Origin: Candidatus Latescibacterota bacterium | Lineage (GTDB): Bacteria; Latescibacterota; UBA2968; GCA-2709665 | Assembly: GCA_963667175.2 (NCBI GenBank) | Contig: CAXXXF010000003.1 | Span: 1-64,000 of the forward strand | DNA length: 64,000 bases | Direction: 5' to 3' | Part shown: one piece after another, positions 18,339 to 28,099 of the stretch | How positions within the stretch are numbered: the first letter of the stretch is position 1 | Layout: each line of letters begins with the position of its first letter | Notes under the pieces: generated by a model | The model's input: the letters and a program-made list of their open reading frames with translations, nothing else | The model's database searches: none | Told to the model about the DNA's origin: nothing | Made by a program: the position numbers and the translations under genes

Positions 18339-19027
18339 GCGCCCTCCTTTGAGACGATAAAAACGTATCCTGCTCCGCGAACAGTGCGTATGTAGCGGGG
18401 ATTCCTTGGATCGTCTTTCAGTTTGTGGCGAATTCTGGATATCAAAACGTCTACTGAACGATCAAAGGCTTCCCAGTCCACGCCCCGAATATTCTGCATG
18501 ATGTAGTCTCGGCTCAGCACTTTGCCACCACTTTGGACAAGCAGTCCCAGCATTTCGAATTCGGTCGTTGTCAAGTGCAGAGTGTCGCCATCGAGCGTTG
18601 CGGTGTATGTTTCCAGATTGATCTGCAGGTCCCCGATCTCGATAATCTCCTTTTTGAAAGATCGGTTACTCCGTCTAAGGACCGCTTGAATTCTCGCGAC
18701 CAACTCTCTAGGTTCAAAGGGCTTGGGCAAATAATCATCTGCACCCAACTCCAGTCCAACAACGCGATCCGTGATCTCTCCCCGGGCTGTGAGCATGACA
18801 ATGGGCAGTGCCCTGGTCTCTCGGATAGCCTTGCAAACCTTGAATCCATCCATTTCAGGCAACATCACATCAAGAATGACGAGGTCAAAATCATGTGCCT
18901 GAAGGAGATCCAGACCAATTGAAGGGGAGAAAGCAGCGGTTGTTTTATAGCCGAAATCGGCCAAATAGGTCTCAAGGAGTTCTGTGAGCTCCTCGTCGTC
19001 ATCTATGATCAGTATCGAATGAGTCAT
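18335..19027 (-). CDS. OmpR/CpxR-family response regulator
   Basis: ILIIDDD, LDVMLP, GADDYLPKPF, winged helix RSVDVLISRIRHKL...TVRGAGY. Start set at MTHSI. Confidence 0.95.
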   Translation of the reverse strand: MTHSILIIDDDEELTELLETYLADFGYKTTAAFSPSIGLDLLQAHDFDLVILDVMLPEMDGFKVCKAIRETRALPIVMLTARGEITDRVVGLELGADDYLPKPFEPRELVARIQAVLRRSNRSFKKEIIEIGDLQINLETYTATLDGDTLHLTTTEFEMLGLLVQSGGKVLSRDYIMQNIRGVDWEAFDRSVDVLISRIRHKLKDDPRNPRYIRTVRGAGYVFIVSKEGA

Positions 19028-19043
19028 TGAGATTCCACCATAG

Positions 19044-19197
19044 CAGTCCGTTGAAATAGTCGCTCTGCAGGCGAGGCATTGTGGCCGAAGACAAGGCGCG
19101 CGACCGACGCGAATCCAGGGATCCAGGGAGGGAGCGCAACGCTGTAATTCGGTCACAAGGGCCGGACGCAGCCCGGATGGGCTTTTTCAACGGACTG
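19044..19197 (-). mobile_element. MITE family 1, copy C (inverted)
   Basis: CAGTCCGTTGAAA...TTTCAACGGACTG with ATAG duplicated at 19040-19043 and 19198-19201. Confidence 0.9.
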
Positions 19198-19338
19198 ATA
19201 GGCTAAGACAGCGTTCAACGCAGCAAAAGCACGGGACCTGCAATACTGCGCGGTAGGAAGCGTCTCCCCTGTCGAGATCGTAACTCTTCAACAGGCCAGT
19301 CACCCTTTGCTCCATAAACAGTTGAGTACACTTCGAAT

Positions 19339-19612
19339 TTAGTGCCTTTTCCTGTTTTTGTAAACACGACTTATCGGAGTGGACTCAATGTTTCGCAAAT
19401 GTCGCATCAACGGTTCCAAACCCGCATACGACCTGCCTGCGCCGAGTTCTGCTCGGCAGGCAGGGGTGAGGACCTCGCCTGTGAATTCCATCTTCAAATT
19501 GTCGTTGACACGCGCGTGCAAATCCGCTCTCTTTCGTCTCACTGTACGTGGCCTTTCGTTTTGGGTGAATTGGGGGTTTCGCCACTTACCAATATACCAA
19601 AATGGAAGGCCT
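19339..19612 (-). pseudogene. IS1380-family transposase 5' remnant interrupted by a 33-bp hairpin
   Basis: GTG-start MRRKRADLHARVNDNLKMEFTGEVLT[PACRAELGAGR]SYAGLEPL; removing the insert restores the IS1380-like F.G..LTSYAGL pattern. Confidence 0.65.
19432..19464. repeat. 33-bp CCTGCCTGC...GCAGGCAGG mini-hairpin insertion
   Basis: CCTGCCTGCGCCGAGTTCTGCTCGGCAGGCAGG, between the Thr and Ser codons of LTSYAG. Confidence 0.85.
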
Positions 19613-19735
19613 TTTCCTATTGAAAAATATAGACTTATTCGCATTCTTGCTTAGTCTTCAATGCCCCGAAATTCATCAACATTATTTTCGCATTGAGGCT
19701 AACCCTGCGCACCTTCGACATCCAGAGGACCCCCC

Positions 19736-21892
19736 ATGTTTTATCACGACGAATTTCCGGACAAGATCGTACATATCTCCGATGCTTCTTTCTTCGAAGC
19801 CCTGGATCCCGACCATCCCGGGCTCGACGCGGTCCGGTCCGCCGCGGATTCGGGACGTTTCGACGATGCATTTGACGCATGGTGGCGGCATTTCCTGTCC
19901 CGGAATACACCGGTCAATCCGTTCGTGGGTTCCCTGGATGAACTCCGACCGAGAGTCGTGTCCAACAGGGGCCTGGCGGATACCATCCTCAACGGGGGGC
20001 GGCGACGGTTCGGCCAGGTCGAAATGGATTTCTCCCGTCCCGTGGCGTTTAACGCGTGGTTCGGCGATCAGTCCAAATACGGCTTCCACTACCTCGGCTG
20101 GATGGACTGCCTGACCAGGGCTGCTCTGGACACGCGCGATGAGCGGTACATCGAAGCCTACCTCGAAATCTTCCGGCAGTGGTACGCCGTCAGACACGAA
20201 ATCAAAGGCGCCCGCCGGATGCATCCGGTCTTTTACGAACTGGGACTCTCCGTGCGGAGCCACCGGTTCGTGAATTTCCTCTACGCCGTCCAACTTCTGG
20301 AGATGGGCCACCTGCTCTCAACGGACCACGTCCGGCAGTTCTTCAAGTCGTTCCTGGGCGCCGGCCGCTGGCTGACGATGGAACAGAACGCCAAAGGCTA
20401 CCGCGAGGGTAACTGGCAGGTGCATGGTATTTCGGCCATGCTGATCATAGGTTTTCTCTTTCCTGAATTCAGTGAGTCGGAAGCCTTCCGTACCGTCGGC
20501 GCGAACTACCTCGAGCAGCACATGGAGAAGGACTACTACGCGGACGGAGGCCACAGCGAGCGCTGTTATTCCTATGGCAGCGGATGCCTGCGCCACCTGG
20601 AAGAGGCCACCCTCCTGGCGGAGGCCAATCCGGACCTTCAACCGCCGAGGACGCTGGATTGGCGGGAGCGTACCTCGAATGCCTATGCCTGGTTTCTAAA
20701 GATGGCCGGTCCCGGGGGCGAAATGCCCGGCATCAACGACGGCGCCTTCCTTGACGGGACGGGAATCCTGAAACAGGCGTGCACATTCACCGGAGACGGG
20801 ACGTATCTCTGGCCCATTCGCCACAAGCTGGATGCGAACGGTGCCGAGCCGGCAAAACCCGATTTCGAGAGCCTTCGCCTGGATTCCAGCGAATTCTGCG
20901 TGATGCGCTCGGGCTGGGAACCTGAAGACGCGTTCATGCTCGTCAACCACGGCCAGTGGCCCGGCGGCCACAGCCACATGGGCATCCTGGACATCAACCT
21001 GTATGTATTCGGGATTCCCCTCGTTGCCGAGGTATCGCGGTTCGGACCCTACGATGCTCCGTGGGATATGTACTTCCGCTCCGAACAGGCGCACAACCAC
21101 ATCGTCGTCGAAGGGGCGCCTTCCGCCCGCCCCGATATTCGCGGCGAGCAGGTTCAATTCGGCAGCACCGTATCCTGGGACTTCTTTTCCGGCCTGCACC
21201 GCGCTTACGAAGCCAGTGCGGGCGTTGTGATCGAACGCCGGATCCTCTTCTTCAAACCATGGGGTTTCCTCGTCTCCGACGCTGTCGCGTGTTCGCATCG
21301 CCGGAGAAGCGCGCTCTGGTATCTCCACAGCGTCTTTCCCTTCGCCACGCATGGCGCTGTGGCCGCCGCCGAAGGCGATCACGCGGGCCTCATCGTTGCG
21401 CCCGCGAACCCCAGACAGCTCAAATACGCATTCAGCGGGATAGATTACCTGGAGGAAATGGCGCGCGAAATCCCGGTATACTCCAGCGATCCGCCCGCCG
21501 CGCCGTGGCCGGACCGGTATTTCATCGCCCTGCGAGGCTGGGGCGTCGAGGAGCCTGTCGTCCCGTTCGACGTCCTCCTGATGCCGTATCAGGGCGCCCG
21601 TCTCGATGCGAGCGTCAAGACGCTCGAGTGTCGGGTCGACGGCCGCGCCGAATCTCCTGCGCTGCCTCGCGCGTTGCAGATTGACGCGGGAGACCATCAC
21701 CTTCTCGTGATTCACGGCGCTCCCGGCGTCACCGTTTCAACCGCCGACATTTCCTTCTCGGGCTACGCAGCCGCTATCGAATATCGGGAGGGACGCCCCG
21801 CAAAGGCCTTCGTTCATTGTGGCGACAGCCTGTCAGTGAACGGGCGCATCATCCCGATCTCAAATCAGCCGACCCACGAAATCGAGCTCTGA
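19736..21892 (+). CDS. Heparinase II/III-family polysaccharide lyase
   Basis: GNWQ, DGGHSERCYSY, MPGINDG, VMRSGW, HSHMG..D, AHNHIVV motifs. Confidence 0.87.
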   Translation: MFYHDEFPDKIVHISDASFFEALDPDHPGLDAVRSAADSGRFDDAFDAWWRHFLSRNTPVNPFVGSLDELRPRVVSNRGLADTILNGGRRRFGQVEMDFSRPVAFNAWFGDQSKYGFHYLGWMDCLTRAALDTRDERYIEAYLEIFRQWYAVRHEIKGARRMHPVFYELGLSVRSHRFVNFLYAVQLLEMGHLLSTDHVRQFFKSFLGAGRWLTMEQNAKGYREGNWQVHGISAMLIIGFLFPEFSESEAFRTVGANYLEQHMEKDYYADGGHSERCYSYGSGCLRHLEEATLLAEANPDLQPPRTLDWRERTSNAYAWFLKMAGPGGEMPGINDGAFLDGTGILKQACTFTGDGTYLWPIRHKLDANGAEPAKPDFESLRLDSSEFCVMRSGWEPEDAFMLVNHGQWPGGHSHMGILDINLYVFGIPLVAEVSRFGPYDAPWDMYFRSEQAHNHIVVEGAPSARPDIRGEQVQFGSTVSWDFFSGLHRAYEASAGVVIERRILFFKPWGFLVSDAVACSHRRRSALWYLHSVFPFATHGAVAAAEGDHAGLIVAPANPRQLKYAFSGIDYLEEMAREIPVYSSDPPAAPWPDRYFIALRGWGVEEPVVPFDVLLMPYQGARLDASVKTLECRVDGRAESPALPRALQIDAGDHHLLVIHGAPGVTVSTADISFSGYAAAIEYREGRPAKAFVHCGDSLSVNGRIIPISNQPTHEIEL

Positions 21893-22019
21893 CGCAAGAC
21901 GAAGTAACGCGGAAACCGCCTCCGCCCGCGTATCCGATTTGAGAGACGGCCAATAGCTAACCGCTGTCCTCATCACGTAGACCCCCATAGGTCCACCTAG
22001 GCATTTCCTGACTGGAGGA

Positions 22020-22200
22020 CTACCAGAGCAGAGCGCGCTGATCCGTCCAGCAACGGGGTTCGATGTGCCACGGAGGGTGTCAGGGCAGCGCATCGTGTGC
22101 ATCCTGTGAGGGGGTTCGCGCTATGCCTGTGGCAGGCCCCGCGCCCAGCGGCGACTTTTGGTTCCTTTTGGTCGCTTCAAAAGGAACCCGCCGGAGGCAG
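22020..22200. repeat. Structured intergenic element with CTTTTGGTTCCTTTTG hairpin
   Basis: Stem GGTTCCTTTTG (22160-22170) / CAAAAGGAACC (22178-22188); resembles a type of bacterial intergenic repeat recalled from other genomes. Confidence 0.45.
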
Positions 22201-22270
22201 GGAATTTGGGGAAAAGGGGATTTTGAATTTGAAGCTGATTTTCGACTTTGATTCAAGCTGATCGTCTTTT

Positions 22271-22346
22271 CTTTGTGTCTTCGTGTCTTTGTGTGAGATG
22301 ATGTTCGCTTTTCATTCAAGCTGATACCTGACAACTGATCGCTGCT
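22271..22346 (-). repeat. Nonamer tandem tract plus reverse heptamer copy
   Basis: CTTTGTGTC TTCGTGTCT TTGTGTGAG, then TTCAAGCTGATACCTGACAACTGATCGCTGCT. Confidence 0.7.
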
Positions 22347-22406
22347 TCTCTACGGCCGGAATTCTCCAAACTGACTCCGGGACAGAAAAAAACTGAGGTA
22401 CGCCCT

Positions 22407-23990
22407 ATGCCGCAACCACGCATGATGTTCTACCACGACGGCCGTCACCCCCTCATCTATATGTACGAGCCTCCCATTCAGAAGGAGGAATTCGAAGCCG
22501 GCGTGGACGAATTGGCGGGGACTCCCGTGGACGCGATCATGTTCTGTCTGGGCGACGGACGCACGTTCCTCCACGACACGAAAGTCGGAGAGATCTGGGG
22601 CCACAACGTGGAGAAATGGTCCCACCTCATCTTCGACAGGGCGAGCCGGAACGCCCGGCATCTCATCCGCGAAGGACACGATCCGCTTCGTCTGATCTGC
22701 GATCGGGCCCACGAAAAGGGCATGCTGGTCTACCCCACGCTCCTCGTGCAACAGGGGCGAGGGGACCGGGACGAGGACGTCCGGTGCTCCGATTTCCGGT
22801 TCGAGAATACCCATCTCGAAATCGGCGCGGGAGGCGACCTGAACCCCGACTTTCCAGGCCTGACATGCCTCGACTTCAGTCACCGGGAAGTCAGGGAAGA
22901 ACGGTTCGCCGTCATCGAAGAAACGCTGAACGCGTACCCCGTCGACGGCTTCGAGCTTCAACTCAACTACACGCCGTATTATTTCCACCCGGACGCGGCC
23001 GAAGAAGGCCGGGAGATCATGACCGGGTGGATCGGACGGGTCCACCGTGCCGTAAAATGCAGCGGTCCTGAACGCGAACTGGCTCTTCGTATTCCGGTCA
23101 GCATCGAGGGTTGTCTCGAGGTGGGGCTGGATGTGCGGGAATGGCTCCGGCGGGGGATCGTGGACGTGCTCATCGGTCAGACCTTCTCTACCCCGGAACT
23201 GCTCGACTCAACCGTCGATTTCCGCCCTCTGGTCGAAGCCGCGGGAGAAACGGGTTGCCGGGTCCACGCTGCGGTGCACAGCCACGTGGACTCCGACCGG
23301 CTGGCCGAAGCACCCATCGAAATGATCCGGGGAGCGGCCTGCAACGCCTGGGCCCAGGGGGTTGACGGCCTGTACCTTGCGCACTGGTTCGGCAACTGGC
23401 CCTATCAGGCGTCTTTCTACGAGAAGCTGCGGGAACTGCCCCATCCGGACGTCATGGCCCCGAAGGACAAGCACTACTATGTTCCCACCGAGACCGGGCG
23501 GTACCCCAGGCCCGTCACCGAACCCGGCGTTTCCATGGGTCTGCCCGCCGCCTTGAATGTAGATAAACCTGCGCGCGTGATCATCAGGATGAGCGATGAC
23601 CTCTCGCACTGGGACGAAACCGGACGGGTGCACGACGTGGCGCTCCGCGTACGGATCATGAACACCACCGAACGGGACCGGTTTCGCTTCCGTCTCAACG
23701 GCAAAGACCTTCCGGACGCACAAATGCGCAGGATCAACGAGATGTACCGGATGAGCGCACCGCGATATCGGACCGGCTCCGGCTACTGGTACGTATTCCG
23801 GCCGGACCGGACAAACTGGCCGCGCCAGGGCGAGAACAAGCTGCAGGTTTATTTGCTCGAACGAGATCCGGACGTCACACCGGACGTATACATCCGCGAC
23901 GTGGAACTGGAGATCAGGTACCTGATGGGGAGGAGCTTTCACCGAACGAACGATCCGGACCTGGGCCCCTTCGAACCTTCGGGGGAGTGA
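22407..23990 (+). CDS. Glycoside hydrolase-like TIM-barrel protein (GHL10/DUF187-like), paralog 1
   Basis: YHDGRH, GHDPLRLICDRAHEKGM, LDFSHREVRE, YPVDGFELQ, GLDVREWLRRGIVD, GVDGLYL. Confidence 0.7.
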   Translation: MPQPRMMFYHDGRHPLIYMYEPPIQKEEFEAGVDELAGTPVDAIMFCLGDGRTFLHDTKVGEIWGHNVEKWSHLIFDRASRNARHLIREGHDPLRLICDRAHEKGMLVYPTLLVQQGRGDRDEDVRCSDFRFENTHLEIGAGGDLNPDFPGLTCLDFSHREVREERFAVIEETLNAYPVDGFELQLNYTPYYFHPDAAEEGREIMTGWIGRVHRAVKCSGPERELALRIPVSIEGCLEVGLDVREWLRRGIVDVLIGQTFSTPELLDSTVDFRPLVEAAGETGCRVHAAVHSHVDSDRLAEAPIEMIRGAACNAWAQGVDGLYLAHWFGNWPYQASFYEKLRELPHPDVMAPKDKHYYVPTETGRYPRPVTEPGVSMGLPAALNVDKPARVIIRMSDDLSHWDETGRVHDVALRVRIMNTTERDRFRFRLNGKDLPDAQMRRINEMYRMSAPRYRTGSGYWYVFRPDRTNWPRQGENKLQVYLLERDPDVTPDVYIRDVELEIRYLMGRSFHRTNDPDLGPFEPSGE

Positions 23991-24053
23991 TCGCGCCGGA
24001 TCAATTCCGTTGGATCATGAGAGACATCGTCGGGCCGGAGGGAAACGTCAGCG

Positions 24054-25532
24054 ATGAGAAAACAACGCACGATCTACTTCAACGACGCCCGCCATTACTA
24101 TCTGTTCGTCTTCGAACCGCCGATGCGGCTGGAAGACGCGCGGGCGCCTGTAGACGAAGTGTCCGGCACGGCCGTGGATACCTTCGTCTATGGCGTCTCT
24201 CGTGCCGACGGTCTCTTCTATCCATCCAGGATCGGCCAAATGTTCGGCGACGATCTGCGACCGTTCCAGCATGTCCACGAGTGGCGCACCTGGGAGAATA
24301 TGCAAAGCCTCATCGACCGCGGCCTCGACCCTCTGACCGTCCTGGTCGACCGCGCCCACGAGAAGGGCATGGACTTCATCGCCAGCCTGCGGATGGGCGC
24401 TTACGGCGGCATGGCCCCGGAACACGCGCTGAACACGGGAGGGCGGGGTTTCGTCCATCCCGAAGTGCGCGACCACCAGCGGGCGATTCTGAAAGAACTC
24501 GCCACGAGGTACGCCGTCGAAGGCGTGGAAATGGACTTCGCCGCCTCCCCCGGCGGGTGTCCCTTCTGGCTGAGGACGGAAGACGTGGGCGAATACACGC
24601 CGGTGATGACGGATTTCGTAAGAGAAACCGCCGAGATCGTCCGGGGCCGGCCGGGCGGTCCCGCCCTGATCGGCGCCCGCGTCTACCCCACCGAAGAGCT
24701 GAACCTGAAGACAGGGCTTGACGTGCAGACCTGGCTTCGGGAAGGGCTGGTCGACTTCGTGGTTCCCATGCTTTACGTCGATTTCGTACTGGATGCCAAT
24801 ATGCCGGTCGGCTGGCTCGCACAGGCCGCCCACGACCGCGATATCTCCGTCTACGGCATGCTTCAACCTTACTGTAGCGACGAGAGCCGGCGGTTCAATA
24901 CGGCCGAGAACGCGACGGCCTCCATGATGCGCGCGGCCGCCTCGAACTTCCTGGAACTCGGCGTGGACGGCATGTACACCTGGTTTCTGCCCTGGCCCAT
25001 GGACGAATCCGGCCGCAGTCTGCTCACGCAATTGGGCGATCCCGATTTGATCCGGGAAGCCGACAAGCACTACTTCGTGCGCCGTCGCTGCGAGGCCGCG
25101 GCCGAGTACGACTATGGCGCCTCTCTGCCCCTCGAAATGCCCTCACCAGCGCCCGGGCAATTTCGCCGGATCCCCTTCTCCATCGCCGACGACCCTGAAA
25201 ATGACCGAATACGGAGCGTCCGCCTCCGGATGGGCATCAGCAATCTCGTCTCGGCCGACAGACTCGAGATCCGGCTGAACGGCGCCCGGCTGGACGTCGG
25301 TTCCTGCCGTCGTTCGCCGATCCGGTCCCGGGATCCGTACGCGGGCCAACTGCTGGAATTCAACCTGGAAAATGTACACCCCCGGAAGGGTCAAAATGCG
25401 CTTGAAATATCCCTGCAGGAAAGGCCTCCCGGCTTCGAAGGAGGGATCGTGGTCGAAGACGTGGAAATCCTCGTCGAGTACGGTACGTATCCAACGTCCA
25501 CCGTGGAGCCAATCGGATTATCAGCACGTTAG
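24054..25532 (+). CDS. Glycoside hydrolase-like TIM-barrel protein, paralog 2
   Basis: YFNDARH, GLDPLTVLVDRAHEKGM, SLRM, VEGVEMDF, GLDVQTWLREGLVD. Confidence 0.7.
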   Translation: MRKQRTIYFNDARHYYLFVFEPPMRLEDARAPVDEVSGTAVDTFVYGVSRADGLFYPSRIGQMFGDDLRPFQHVHEWRTWENMQSLIDRGLDPLTVLVDRAHEKGMDFIASLRMGAYGGMAPEHALNTGGRGFVHPEVRDHQRAILKELATRYAVEGVEMDFAASPGGCPFWLRTEDVGEYTPVMTDFVRETAEIVRGRPGGPALIGARVYPTEELNLKTGLDVQTWLREGLVDFVVPMLYVDFVLDANMPVGWLAQAAHDRDISVYGMLQPYCSDESRRFNTAENATASMMRAAASNFLELGVDGMYTWFLPWPMDESGRSLLTQLGDPDLIREADKHYFVRRRCEAAAEYDYGASLPLEMPSPAPGQFRRIPFSIADDPENDRIRSVRLRMGISNLVSADRLEIRLNGARLDVGSCRRSPIRSRDPYAGQLLEFNLENVHPRKGQNALEISLQERPPGFEGGIVVEDVEILVEYGTYPTSTVEPIGLSAR

Positions 25533-25553
25533 TGCGTGTCGTGATCGCCCGCG

Positions 25554-27137
25554 TCAGTACCGGACGACCAGTTCCACGTCGGTCAGGACGATGTCGCAAG
25601 CCAGCTGCGGATGGCGTTCGACAAGTCCGACATTGACCGTATGTCTCCCCTGCGCGACGTCCGAGGGGCGCAGCGGGAAGCACAGCCACGCCGCCCTGCT
25701 CACGTCGGAAATGCGGCGGATGCCCGGCGGAGGCTGGAAGGCGCCGCCGGGAGGATTCGTGTTGTCCATTGCGCAATAGCGGGTTTCAGGGTCTTTCAGT
25801 TCCCGCCCGTCCCAGAAAACGCAGACCTTGTCGCCGACCACCCACTGATCCAGCCGGACGCGGAGTTCCAGGTGTGACGCGCCGTCTGCTTCGACGTCAT
25901 CGGCGACGTCCAGGATGATGGCCGGCATTTCGCCCGTCACGGTTTTCTTCAGGGTCACCGGCACCTCCCCCAGAATCCGATCGATGCGGTAGGCGCCGCG
26001 CCACGGTCCCTCTTTCTGGATGAACCGGTGTGTGGCCGCGTAGATTTTGTCGGCGCCGCGAAGCGTATCGGGCGAGGCGATCTGCGATAGCAACTCCCTC
26101 TTCATGTCCCGGTTGGCGTGCCAGTTGAACGTGTAAATGCCGTCGGCGCCGGCTCGATGGTACCGGGAGGCAATCGCCCGGGTGCGCATTTGATCTTTGA
26201 GTTCAGGCGTTTCCGGTCCCACGAACGGGTCGGGCAATCCGCTGTCGAATCCCGCGTACACGGCGATCCCCCTGTCCCGGCACATCTCCACGAACGACGC
26301 CACCTCCAGAGACGCGTCGGTGACCGCGCCTCCTCCCAGAATCAGGACGTCCACCAGCCCCTCTTCGATCCACACCGGAATGTCGTAGCCGATTCGGCGG
26401 CACATCTCCTGCGATCCGGCCACGCGCGCCGCCAGATAAAACGGCCTGCCGCGCCGCTTTGCGACGTCGTCCGTCAGCTGTCGAACCCGGCGCTGAAGGT
26501 CGGTAAGCACGTACCGCATCCGGTAGGCTTCGTCTTCGGGAAGGTGGAACGCATGCCGCTGCCAGTCCAGTTCCACGCCGTCCCAATCGTACCGCGTGAC
26601 GACCTCCTCAATATGGGTATACCTGTGCTCGCGGACCTCGGGGACAGCCATATTCCACGAGAGCGCGAACCACTCCGACGTCCGGTCGCCCAGCACCCAC
26701 TCCGGGTGTTTCCGCCGCATCCGGGTCAACTCGCTGTGGTGGAGCGTCGGGAGGTCTTTCACCTGCGCCCCGTCGAAGTGGTTGTCGTTCATGCGCACGG
26801 ATGCGTAGACGGCCATACCCAGGGCGCGGCCGTGTTCGATCAGCGAGACATGCGGGTCCTCCCCTCGTTCGAGCATCAGGCGGATGTTTTCGGTGTGGGT
26901 ATAGGCCGAGACGTTTTCGTACCGTCGCCCGTGGACGTCGCCCAGCATTTCCAGCGCGGAATCCGGCCAGCGTGCGGCGTGCTCGCCGATGCACCAGAAC
27001 AACGCCCCCACCTGCGTGTCTTCGAGAGGCCCGTAGGTTTTTTCCAGGAACGCGTCCATGGACTGCGGCGTCTCGGAGTAGCCGTGCGGCGCGCCGTCCC
27101 AGTTGTAGATGATCCCGTAGTCGAAGGGTCCGGACAT
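25554..27137 (-). CDS. Glycoside hydrolase-like TIM-barrel protein, paralog 3
   Basis: YNWDG, SVRMNDNH, YDWDGVELDW, GYDIPVWIEEGLVD, GADGIYTFN; RBS CAGGAGG before MSGPF. Confidence 0.7.
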   Translation of the reverse strand: MSGPFDYGIIYNWDGAPHGYSETPQSMDAFLEKTYGPLEDTQVGALFWCIGEHAARWPDSALEMLGDVHGRRYENVSAYTHTENIRLMLERGEDPHVSLIEHGRALGMAVYASVRMNDNHFDGAQVKDLPTLHHSELTRMRRKHPEWVLGDRTSEWFALSWNMAVPEVREHRYTHIEEVVTRYDWDGVELDWQRHAFHLPEDEAYRMRYVLTDLQRRVRQLTDDVAKRRGRPFYLAARVAGSQEMCRRIGYDIPVWIEEGLVDVLILGGGAVTDASLEVASFVEMCRDRGIAVYAGFDSGLPDPFVGPETPELKDQMRTRAIASRYHRAGADGIYTFNWHANRDMKRELLSQIASPDTLRGADKIYAATHRFIQKEGPWRGAYRIDRILGEVPVTLKKTVTGEMPAIILDVADDVEADGASHLELRVRLDQWVVGDKVCVFWDGRELKDPETRYCAMDNTNPPGGAFQPPPGIRRISDVSRAAWLCFPLRPSDVAQGRHTVNVGLVERHPQLACDIVLTDVELVVRY

Positions 27138-27259
27138 AATTGCCTCCTGTAAATCGGATGATTTCGGCTCCAAATTGCGATTGACATTGCGTGCGGTCCC
27201 TCTATTTTACGGGCGAACCGACACCTGTCCAACATCAGATTCCATCTCTTTCGCACGAT

Positions 27260-28042
27260 ATGAAATCCGCCTTCTGCACCAATGCCTTCGGCAATACGCA
27301 AGCCGACCAGGAAAGCGCCATCCCCTATCTCGCCGAACTGGGATACGACGGCATCGAGCTCTGGCAACAGTACCTCTGCGACGCGGACCTGGGATGGGTC
27401 CGTTCCATTGCGACCGAACATGACCTCGAGATTGTGCAGATCTGCCCCTACTTCGACTTCACCACCAGCCGGGAAACCTGGGACCGGAGCATCCGGGACG
27501 CCGAAACCTTCATCGGTTACGCGGTCGAACTCGACTGTCCCTTTATCCGCGCCTACACCGGCAACGTTGGGAGCGCGGACGCCTCCGTCGAGCAGTGGGA
27601 CGCCTGCGTCCGTGGGTTGCGGACCATCTGCGAAATGGGCGTCGCGCACAATATCGTGTTCCCGCTGGAAACGCACCAGGTGATTCACCACGGGCCCAAT
27701 CTGACGGACACCAGTCCGAGCACGCTCAAACTGCTCGACGACGTCGGCACGGACAACCTCACCGTAAACCTGCAGACGCCTCTCGTCGGCGAATCCGTCT
27801 TCCATACCGCGGAACAACTCGGGGAACACGTCGTCCACCTGCACGCCCACAACTGGCTGGAATGCTGGCCGAACCTCACGTTTCTGGACGCCGGCGACGT
27901 GGACTTCGCCGCGTTCCTTCGCGTTCTCCAATCGAAAGGCTTCGACGGGTACATCTCGATCGAACACGGCAGCCATCATCCGCCATACGAGACGGCTGCG
28001 CATGAAATTGCATTCCTGAAGAAGCTCATGCGTCAGGGATAG
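27260..28042 (+). CDS. Sugar phosphate isomerase/epimerase (xylose isomerase-like TIM barrel)
   Basis: LGYDGIEL, LETH, HLHAHN, GDVDF, FDGYISIEH motifs. Confidence 0.85.
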   Translation: MKSAFCTNAFGNTQADQESAIPYLAELGYDGIELWQQYLCDADLGWVRSIATEHDLEIVQICPYFDFTTSRETWDRSIRDAETFIGYAVELDCPFIRAYTGNVGSADASVEQWDACVRGLRTICEMGVAHNIVFPLETHQVIHHGPNLTDTSPSTLKLLDDVGTDNLTVNLQTPLVGESVFHTAEQLGEHVVHLHAHNWLECWPNLTFLDAGDVDFAAFLRVLQSKGFDGYISIEHGSHHPPYETAAHEIAFLKKLMRQG

Positions 28043-28099
28043 AGTCGATCGCAACCCGCACCGTAAGACTCCGATCTCATCGACAAACCGGAGGCCGCC

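Noticed and set aside
12675-19197. Composite transposon bounded by inverted MITE-1 copies
   Set aside because: Each copy has its own 4-bp duplication (TTAA, ATAG), indicating independent insertions.
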